A model generated the notes under the pieces. It was not told the origin of the DNA. It ran no database searches and was given only the letters and a program-made list of their open reading frames with translations. From Bradyrhizobiaceae bacterium (GTDB lineage Bacteria; Pseudomonadota; Alphaproteobacteria; Rhizobiales; Xanthobacteraceae), in assembly GCA_044463945.1 (NCBI GenBank), contig JBIQLW010000019.1, forward strand, positions 8,990 through 72,989: a stretch of 64,000 bases of DNA, given 5' to 3'. The first letter of the stretch is position 1. The number at the start of each line of letters is the position of its first letter. Below, one piece after another: positions 51,059 to 60,033 of this stretch. The translations under genes were made by a program, and so were the position numbers.

Positions 51059-51727
51059 TCAGTCGAGCCCGTGGCGCAGCGCCGCCGCCGCCGCTAGCGG
51101 GCCGACCACGAGGCCGGCCAGCGACAGCGCGCACAGGATCGAGAACGGCGCGCCGAAGCCGGCGGGCTCAAGCACGGCGGCGTTGGAGGCGGCGACCCCG
51201 AAGATCAGCACCGGGATCGACAGCGGCAGCACCAGCACGGCGAGCAACAGGCCGCCGCGCCGCAGCGCCACCGCCAGCGCCGCGCCGATCATCCCGGTGA
51301 AGGTGAGCGCCGGCGTGCCCGCCAGCAGCGTCAGCGCCACCGCCAGCGTGGCATTGCCGTCGAGGTTGAGCAGCAGGCCGAGGATCGGCGTCGCCACCAC
51401 CAGCGGCACCCCGGCCACCAGCCAGTGCGCCACCGCCTTGGCGAGGCAGATCAGCTCCAGCGGCGTGCGGCTCATGGTCAGGAGGTCGAGCGAGCCGTCG
51501 TCGTGGTCGGCGGCGAACAGCCGGTCCAGCGTCAGCAGGCTCGCCAATAGCGCGCCGAGCCACAGGATGGCGGGGCCGAGCTTCTTCAAGAGCGCGAGAT
51601 CGGGACCGACCGCGAACGGCATCAGCACCACCACGGTCAGGAAGAACAGCACGCCGATCAGCGCGCCGCCGCCGACGCGCAGCGCCACCTGGATGTCGCG
51701 CCGAAGCAGTGCGACAAGCGCGCTCAT
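51059..51727 (-). CDS. ccmB: Heme exporter protein B (CcmB/CycW)
   Basis: MSALVALLRRDIQVALRVGGG...FAADHDDGSLDLL; 6 TM; ATG 51727. Confidence 0.92.
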   Translation of the reverse strand: MSALVALLRRDIQVALRVGGGALIGVLFFLTVVVLMPFAVGPDLALLKKLGPAILWLGALLASLLTLDRLFAADHDDGSLDLLTMSRTPLELICLAKAVAHWLVAGVPLVVATPILGLLLNLDGNATLAVALTLLAGTPALTFTGMIGAALAVALRRGGLLLAVLVLPLSIPVLIFGVAASNAAVLEPAGFGAPFSILCALSLAGLVVGPLAAAAALRHGLD

Positions 51728-51777
51728 GACGCGCCGCTCCGTGGCGCGATGGTGTCGATGGGCTGTCCGTGTTGACT

Positions 51778-51881
51778 CCCACCCCCGCCCCCTCCCCACA
51801 AGGGGGAGGGGAGCAAAAGCGCTGCGGCGCGCGGGGAGCGCTCCCTCCCCCCTTGTGGGGGAGGGTTGGGGAGGGGGGTGG
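51778..51881. repeat. 104-bp nested G-run/C-run palindrome (family E copy 3) between ccmA and ccmB
   Basis: CCACCCCCGCCCCCTCCCCACAAGGGGGAGGGGAGC...GCTCCCTCCCCCCTTGTGGGGGAGGGTTGGGGAGGGGGGTGG. Confidence 0.75.
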
Positions 51882-51902
51882 CAGGGATCGGAAATGCCTC
51901 CA

Positions 51903-52508
51903 TCACGACACCCGCTCCCCGATCCGCAGCTCCCGCGCGGCGACGCCGAGCGGCAGGTGGGTGGCGGCGACGATCAGGCCGCCGCCGGCGAGATGCGCGC
52001 GCATCACTTCCGTCATCATCGCCTGCCCGCCGGCGTCGAGCGAGGACGTCGGCTCGTCGAGCAGCCACAGCGGCCGCCGGACCGCCAACAGCCGCGCGAT
52101 CGACAGCCGCCGCCGCTGACCGGCCGACAGATACGCCGCCGGCAGATCCGCGATATGGTCGAGCCCGACCGCCGCCAGCGCGGCCGCGAGCGCGGTCGCC
52201 TCGCCGCCCAGCGCCGCGCGCCAGAACGCAAGGTTCTCCGCCACGCTGAGGCTCGGCTTCAGCGCGTCGCGATGGCCGAGATAGTGCGCCTGTTCGGCAA
52301 GGGAAAGCTCCGCGCCGCCGCCGTCGAGGACCAGCGCGCCGCCGGCCGGCGCGATCAGCCCGGCGATCAGCCGCAGCAGCGAGGTCTTGCCCGCGCCATT
52401 GGCTCCGATCACCGCCAGCGCCTCGCCGGCGTCGGCCGTAAAATCCAGATTCGCGAAGATTTCGCGTCCGCCGCGGACGCATCGAAGCCGGGTTGCGGTG
52501 AGCCGCAT
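51903..52508 (-). CDS. ccmA: Heme exporter ATP-binding protein CcmA (CycV)
   Basis: [37 protein letters not shown]. Start [14 protein letters not shown] at 52508 (alternative 52538). Confidence 0.9.
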   Translation of the reverse strand: MRLTATRLRCVRGGREIFANLDFTADAGEALAVIGANGAGKTSLLRLIAGLIAPAGGALVLDGGGAELSLAEQAHYLGHRDALKPSLSVAENLAFWRAALGGEATALAAALAAVGLDHIADLPAAYLSAGQRRRLSIARLLAVRRPLWLLDEPTSSLDAGGQAMMTEVMRAHLAGGGLIVAATHLPLGVAARELRIGERVS

Positions 52509-52581
52509 TGCTGCACTGTTCATGATGTCGCGGCTCATCTATTTCACATCGCGCAAAGGCGATGGTCGATGTGGCGGTGCC

Positions 52582-52598
52582 CCTAGAAACATTCTATA
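52582..52598. promoter_or_regulatory. Irr/ICE-like motif in the divergent ccmA/acnA intergenic region
   Basis: CCTAGAA-ACA-TTCTATA versus the remembered ICE consensus TTTAGAA-N3-TTCTAAA (5/7 + 6/7). Confidence 0.4.
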
Positions 52599-52713
52599 AG
52601 CCGGGTCTTGATGCAGCACACGACGCACGCCTGCAAGCCGGTCGGCCCATCATCGATGGTGGTTTGATACCATTCGCCGGGTGTCCGCAACGGAAAAACT
52701 GGGATCGCTTCAT

Positions 52714-55434
<2,721 letters not shown>

Positions 55435-55484
55435 CGCCCGGCGCGGCGGTTTGCCTCACCGTGAAGTGAGTGGAGCATGACAAG

Positions 55485-55521
55485 AAGGCGGCCTAAGACA
55501 AAGGCCGCCTTCTCGCGTTTT
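55485..55521 (+). terminator. Intrinsic terminator after acnA
   Basis: AAGGCGGCC-loop-GGCCGCCTT followed by CTCGCGTTTT. Confidence 0.7.
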
Positions 55522-55581
55522 GATAGTCTGGGGTCGCCAAGGTCGGCGGCAGGGGGCTGCTGGCTTCAATTGGAAAGATTG

Positions 55582-56331
55582 ATGGCGATCACCAATTTTG
55601 TGCGATGGAGCGGGATTCTCGGCGCGGCCGCGATCGTGGCGACCGCCGCGCCGGCCACCGCCCAGTCGCCGCGCGCGGTGGTTGAGCTGTTCACCTCGCA
55701 AGGCTGCTCGTCGTGTCCGCCGGCCGACAAGCTGCTCGGCGAACTGGCGCAGGACCCCTCGATCGTCGCGCTGACCCTGCCGATCGATTATTGGGATTAT
55801 CTCGGCTGGAAGGACACGCTGGCCGACGCGCGCTTCAGCATCCGCCAGAAAGCCTATTCGCGGATGCGCGGCGACCGCGCCGTCTATACCCCGCAGCTTA
55901 TCGTCAACGGCAAGCGCCACCTGATCGGCAGCGACCGCGCCGCGATCGACGCTGCGCTGCACGAGAGGCGGGGCAGCGCGATGTCGGTGCCGGTGTCGAT
56001 GACGGTGTCGGGCCGCCAGCTCAACGTCACGGTGGCGGCCGCGCCGGCCGAGCAGGCGGCGCATCAGGGTGAAATCTGGATCTGCGCGATCTCGCGCGCG
56101 GTGCCGATCGCGATCGGGCGCGGCGAGAATCGCGGCCGCGAGGTGGTCTATCACAACGTCGTCCGCAACTGGCTCAAGGTCGGCGACTGGCTCGGCAAGA
56201 GCGCGAGCTGGAGCGTGCCGATGGAGAACATCGCGCGCGACGGCGTCGATGCCGCCGTGGTCTATGTGCAGGACGGCACCCACGATCGGCCCGGCGCGAT
56301 GCTCGGCGCCGCCTTCACGCCGCTGCGCTGA
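55582..56331 (+). CDS. DUF1223 family secreted protein (thioredoxin-like CSSCPP motif)
   Basis: Signal peptide ...[40 protein letters not shown]. Confidence 0.85.
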   Translation: MAITNFVRWSGILGAAAIVATAAPATAQSPRAVVELFTSQGCSSCPPADKLLGELAQDPSIVALTLPIDYWDYLGWKDTLADARFSIRQKAYSRMRGDRAVYTPQLIVNGKRHLIGSDRAAIDAALHERRGSAMSVPVSMTVSGRQLNVTVAAAPAEQAAHQGEIWICAISRAVPIAIGRGENRGREVVYHNVVRNWLKVGDWLGKSASWSVPMENIARDGVDAAVVYVQDGTHDRPGAMLGAAFTPLR

Positions 56332-56345
56332 CGCCTGCCGCCGGC

Positions 56346-56669
56346 ATGACGCCCATCGCCTACATCGGTGCCGCGCTGGCCGAGATCGCCGGGTGCTTCG
56401 CGTTCTGGGCCTGGCTGCGGCTCGGCAAGTCGGCGTGGTGGCTCGCGCCCGGCGTCGCCTCGCTGATGCTGTTCGCCTGGCTGCTGACGCTGGTCGATGC
56501 GCCGGCCGCCGGCCGCGCCTATGCCGCCTATGGCGGCATCTACATCGCGGCGTCGCTGTGCTGGCTGTGGGCGGTGGAGGGGGTGCGGCCGGACCGCTGG
56601 GACGTGAGCGGCGCGGCGCTTTGTCTGGCGGGCGCCGTCCTGATTCTCGCCGGGCCGCGGCCGGCCTGA
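56346..56669 (+). CDS. ynfA: YnfA/UPF0060 family small membrane protein
   Basis: [25 protein letters not shown]...[20 protein letters not shown]; 4 TM. Confidence 0.88.
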   Translation: MTPIAYIGAALAEIAGCFAFWAWLRLGKSAWWLAPGVASLMLFAWLLTLVDAPAAGRAYAAYGGIYIAASLCWLWAVEGVRPDRWDVSGAALCLAGAVLILAGPRPA

Positions 56670-56698
56670 ACTCAAGGCGGCAGGTCCCCAAAAAAGGT

Positions 56699-56733
56699 CC
56701 CCAAAAACAAAAAGGACCAACTTTCGTTGGCCC
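56699..56733 (-). terminator. Strong minus-strand intrinsic terminator with no upstream CDS
   Basis: Minus strand reads GGGCCAAC-GAAA-GTTGGTCC followed by TTTTTGTTTTTGG. Confidence 0.7.
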
Positions 56734-56880
56734 GGAAGTAGGGGATTAGCTTCCCTGCGTGCAGGCCCGATCCTGAAAGCCCCGGGGGGCTGGGGGCTGA
56801 GGAAACCGGGACCGACAGAACCGGGCCGACGCAGTGATTGCCTTGTCGCAAGCGAGCGCGGCGTCGGCTGGGCGGAATTT
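56699..56880 (-). ncRNA. Candidate ~180-nt sRNA (unknown family)
   Basis: Possible promoter CTCACA-N17-CATAAT (the -10 hexamer is the complement of 56888-56893). Long internal hairpin CTGCGTCGGCCCG...CGGGCCTGCACGCAG, exposed UUUCCUC, terminal GNRA-loop terminator. Flanking genes are on the other strand. Confidence 0.35.
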
Positions 56881-56980
56881 GGGCCGTATTATGATTTTAC
56901 CTAACGTTCCTGTGAGTCGCCGCGCGCGGCCCTGGAGCGGGATGACGTCAGATCGAATCGTCATCCCGTTTCAGTCTTTT

Positions 56981-57029
56981 GAGCATGATCTTTTCCAAAA
57001 GCCGGTTCCCGCTTTTTGGGCTCATGCTC
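56981..57029. repeat. REP family D copy 2
   Basis: GAGCATGATCTTTTCCAAAAGCCGGTTCCCGCTTTTTGGGCTCATGCTC. Confidence 0.65.
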
Positions 57030-57129
57030 TGGGCACGCGGCCCTTGCGGCGGCGGCCGGGCGGGGCGATCATGCTGTTTCGGCAAGCGCGTCAGTTGAAG
57101 CCGGATGCTTGAGATGACAGGAGGCGCCG

Positions 57130-57492
57130 ATGGGGTTGATGTCGGGGGAGGCCGATCCGGACGAAAGTCGCGGAGCGGAACGTGCGGTCTCGGCGGCAGG
57201 GGTCGTCACGTTCAATCGCCTTGAACTCAACCGCATCCTCAATCTCTACGGGCGGATGGTGGCGAACGGCGAATGGCGCGACTACGCCATCGATTTCCTG
57301 AAAGACAAGGCGGTGTTCTCGATCTTCCGCCGCGCCTCCGAGGTTCCGCTGTACCGGATCGAGAAGGACCCGCGGCTGGCGCGCAAGCAGGGCGCCTACA
57401 GCGTGATCTCGGCGGGTGGCCTGATCCTGCGGCGCGGCCACGACCTCGACCGCGTGCTGCTGGCGATCGACCGCAAGCTGGCGCTGGTATAG
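57130..57492 (+). CDS. DUF2794-like small conserved protein
   Basis: VTFNRLELNRILNLYGRMVANGEWRDYAIDFLKDKAVFSIFRRASEVPLYRIEK; conserved alphaproteobacterial small protein as remembered. Confidence 0.7.
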   Translation: MGLMSGEADPDESRGAERAVSAAGVVTFNRLELNRILNLYGRMVANGEWRDYAIDFLKDKAVFSIFRRASEVPLYRIEKDPRLARKQGAYSVISAGGLILRRGHDLDRVLLAIDRKLALV

Positions 57493-57545
57493 GGCCGTTA
57501 TCGCGTTTTCGAGGAAAGAGCGGCGACGATTCTGTCCGCCTCTCC

Positions 57546-57673
57546 GTGTCCCGGATGCGGCGCAAGCGCCAGCGCCGGGCCGCTTCGCTGATCCGGGGAC
57601 CGTTGCGGGCGATACCTTGATACGGTCCCGGTTCTGCGGCGCAGCGTTGCACGCCGCGCCGCGCCCGGAACAT
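57546..57673. repeat. REP family A copy 2
   Basis: GTGTCCCGGATGCGGCGCAAGCGCCAGCGCC...GATCCGGGGACCGTT...ACGGTCCCGGTTCTGCGGCGCAGCGTTGCACGCCGCGCCGCGCCCGGAACA. Confidence 0.7.
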
Positions 57674-57706
57674 GGACCCGTCTGCGATTGAGGTTTGGCA
57701 GGCGCT

Positions 57707-58258
57707 TCACGCTCCGCCATCCCCCGGCACCGTGCTCGCGCCCTTGCCGAGCGCGCGCTGCATCATCACGGTGTCGAGCCAGCGGCCGAACTTGAAGCCG
57801 ACGTCGGGATGGGTGCCGATCATCGCAAAGCCGCAGCGCCGGTGCAGCTCGATCGATCCCGCGTTGGCGGAGTCGCCGATCACGGCGATCATCTGGCGAT
57901 AGCCGCGCCGCTCGCAGTCGCCGATCAGCGCTTGCAGAAGCGCCGTGCCGATGCCGCGCCGTTGCGCGGCGGGCGCGAGATAGACCGAGTTCTCGACGGT
58001 GAAGCGATAGGCCGGGCGCGGCCGGTAGGAGCCGGCATAGGCATAGCCGGCCACCTCGCCGTCGATCGTCGCCGCGAGGTAGGGAAAGCCGCCGTCTTGC
58101 AGAGCGCGGAAGCGCCGGGTCATCTCGGCGAGATCGGGCGGCGTCAGTTCGAACGTCGCGGTGTTCTCGCGCACCTCGCGATCATAGATGGCGGTGACGG
58201 CGGGCAGGTCCGCCTCGCGCGCCGGCCGGATCACAAAGGATGATGGAGAGGATGACAT
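57707..58258 (-). CDS. GNAT N-acetyltransferase (phosphinothricin acetyltransferase-like)
   Basis: IRPAREADLPAVTAIYDREVRENTATFE..., QRRGIGTALLQALI acetyl-CoA motif; ATG 58258. Confidence 0.88.
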   Translation of the reverse strand: MSSSPSSFVIRPAREADLPAVTAIYDREVRENTATFELTPPDLAEMTRRFRALQDGGFPYLAATIDGEVAGYAYAGSYRPRPAYRFTVENSVYLAPAAQRRGIGTALLQALIGDCERRGYRQMIAVIGDSANAGSIELHRRCGFAMIGTHPDVGFKFGRWLDTVMMQRALGKGASTVPGDGGA

Positions 58259-58331
58259 GCTCTTTGAGTCGGTTCTGCCGATGGCGGAGGAGCCTATTTT
58301 CTCCGGCGGCAAAAGAGAAGGCGCAAACAGA

Positions 58332-58356
58332 AGCCCCGGCGAACTTCGCCGGGGCT
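58332..58356. repeat. Hairpin AGCCCCGGCGAA-N2-TCGCCGGGGCT, left copy (terminator-like on minus strand)
   Basis: AGCCCCGGCGAACTTCGCCGGGGCT; on the minus strand it is followed by TCTGTTTGCGCCTTCTCTTTT. Confidence 0.5.
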
Positions 58357-58408
58357 TCTGTCCGCCCTTCAACTCGCCGCTCTTTAGGGCGAGCGTGCAA
58401 CACGAAAA

Positions 58409-58513
58409 CCGTCATGCCCGCGAAGGCGGGCATCCAGTATTCCGCATGGAATCACATCGTCCCTCATGCCCGCCCGGAATACTGGATCGTCCGCTTTCGC
58501 GGATGATGACGCC
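58409..58513. repeat. REP family C copy 5
   Basis: CCGTCATGCCCGCGAAGGCGGGCATCCAGTATTCC...GGAATACTGGATCGTCCGCTTTCGCGGATGATGACGCC. Confidence 0.7.
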
Positions 58514-58563
58514 TCGTTTTCCGTCCGACTCTTCCGTCCGACTCCGAGGTGCTGCCAGCAAAG

Positions 58564-58588
58564 AGCCCCGGCGAATCTCGCCGGGGCT
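58564..58588. repeat. Hairpin AGCCCCGGCGAA-N2-TCGCCGGGGCT, right copy, 37 bp downstream of the BI-1 gene stop
   Basis: AGCCCCGGCGAATCTCGCCGGGGCT; 23/25 identical to the copy at 58332-58356. Confidence 0.5.
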
Positions 58589-58624
58589 TCGATGATCGGT
58601 CGAGGCGCGGGACGCGCGCGCCGC

Positions 58625-59440
58625 TTAGTCGCGCTGTCCGAGAAGCTGCAACAGCAGCGTGAACAGGTTGACGAAGTTGAGGTAGAGCGACAGCGCCCCG
58701 GTGATGGCGGCGCGCTCGGCGATGTCGCCGCCCTGGCCGCCGTAGCCGTAGATGTAGTCGTTCTTCAGCCGCTGGGTGTCCCAGGCGGTGAGGCCGGCGA
58801 ACACCAGCACGCCGATCACCGACACCACGAACTGCAACATCGACGAGCCGATGAACAGGTTCACGAGGCTGGCGATGATGATGCCGAACAGGCCCATCAT
58901 CAGGAACGAGCCCATGCCGGTCATGTCGCGCTTGGTGGTGTAGCCGTAGAGGCTCAGCGCGCCGAACGCCGCGGCGGTGATGAAGAACACCCGCACGATC
59001 GAGGTGTGGGTGTAGACGAGGAAGATCGACGACAGCGAGATGCCCATCAGCGCCGAGAACGCCCAGAACAGCATCTGGGCGGTGGCGGGCTTCAGCCGGT
59101 TGATGCCGAAGGAGATGACGAACACCATCGCCAGCGGCGCCAGGATGAACACCCACTTCAGCGGGCTGACGAACATGGCGACGCCGAACGGCGTCAGATA
59201 CTGTCCGCTCTTGATCGCCAGCGCGGCGCCCGAGGCCGACTTGGCCGCGGCGGCGGCATCGCCCGTCACGGCGAACATGTAGACGCCGAGCGCGGCGAGG
59301 CCGGTGATCGCCAGGCCGATCGCCATGTAGTTGTAGATGCGCAGCATGTAAGCGCGCAGGCCGGCATCGACGGCGGCGGTGTCAACTCGCCCGGCGGCCC
59401 GGCCGAAAGGTGAAGTGTAGTTACGGTCCAAGTCCGACAT
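58625..59440 (-). CDS. Bax inhibitor-1/YccA/YbhL family membrane protein
   Basis: MSDLDRNYTSPFGRAAG...LRAYMLRIYNYMAIGLAITG..., 7 TM, C-terminal ALSLYLNFVNLFTLLLQLLG. Confidence 0.9.
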   Translation of the reverse strand: MSDLDRNYTSPFGRAAGRVDTAAVDAGLRAYMLRIYNYMAIGLAITGLAALGVYMFAVTGDAAAAAKSASGAALAIKSGQYLTPFGVAMFVSPLKWVFILAPLAMVFVISFGINRLKPATAQMLFWAFSALMGISLSSIFLVYTHTSIVRVFFITAAAFGALSLYGYTTKRDMTGMGSFLMMGLFGIIIASLVNLFIGSSMLQFVVSVIGVLVFAGLTAWDTQRLKNDYIYGYGGQGGDIAERAAITGALSLYLNFVNLFTLLLQLLGQRD

Positions 59441-59843
59441 GGTCGAAACCCTCAGGTTGTCTGGCGAAGGGCAAGGCTTGGTGCAAGGCTGCCCGCCAGC
59501 GCGAAACTCTATCCCGAATGCCGCCGCCCGTGACATGAATTCGGTGCCATCGACCGAAAGCAGGATCAGCGGCCGGCGTTCCGGCCCCAGCGTCATCGGA
59601 CCGGCGTCCGGTTCAAACTGGTATGTGGTAAACTAACACACTCGGCGCAACCTTCCACGCGCGGCTGAATGTCGCTCCGTATGCGCCGTTTTCATGACGC
59701 CGTCGCCGTCTTCGCCGCCCGCTCGGGCATGATCGCGCGCGGCGCGATGGTTTGGTTAACGCCGGGAACCCGCGCGCCGCCGCGCCGCCGGCGGTGTCCT
59801 GAGAGCTTGGCTCGATGTTCAGTTCATAGGACCAAACATCCTC

Positions 59844-59969
59844 GGCGTCGTCCCCGCGCAGGCGGGGACCCATAACCCCTGACGGGTTGCGGTCAGCGGG
59901 ACTGCCTTCAAGGGACTGCCTATCAAGGGAAGGGTCGCGAGCGCTCCCTGCATCACGCGGGGACGACGC
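59844..59969. repeat. REP family F element (single copy in window)
   Basis: GGCGTCGTCCCCGCGCAGGCGGGGACCCATAACC hairpin. Long-range inverted partner GCGGGGACGACGC at 59957-59969. Confidence 0.5.
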
Positions 59970-60033
59970 TCCTCGTGCTGCAAATCTGCGCACCAAGCGC
60001 CTTTCCCGCCGGACTCCGCGTTGCGCGCTTCGG

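Noticed and set aside
56699-56880. Assigning the candidate sRNA to SRP RNA, 6S RNA or tmRNA
   Set aside because: I looked for the SRP domain IV motif (GGAAGGAAGCAGCC-like), 6S end-pairing and an alphaproteobacterial tmRNA tag frame (ANDN...AA). I found none, so the family is left unknown.
56746-56964. 72-aa minus-strand ORF in the candidate sRNA region
   Set aside because: Arg/Pro-rich, with no RBS and no domain. The region is better explained by a structured non-coding transcript.
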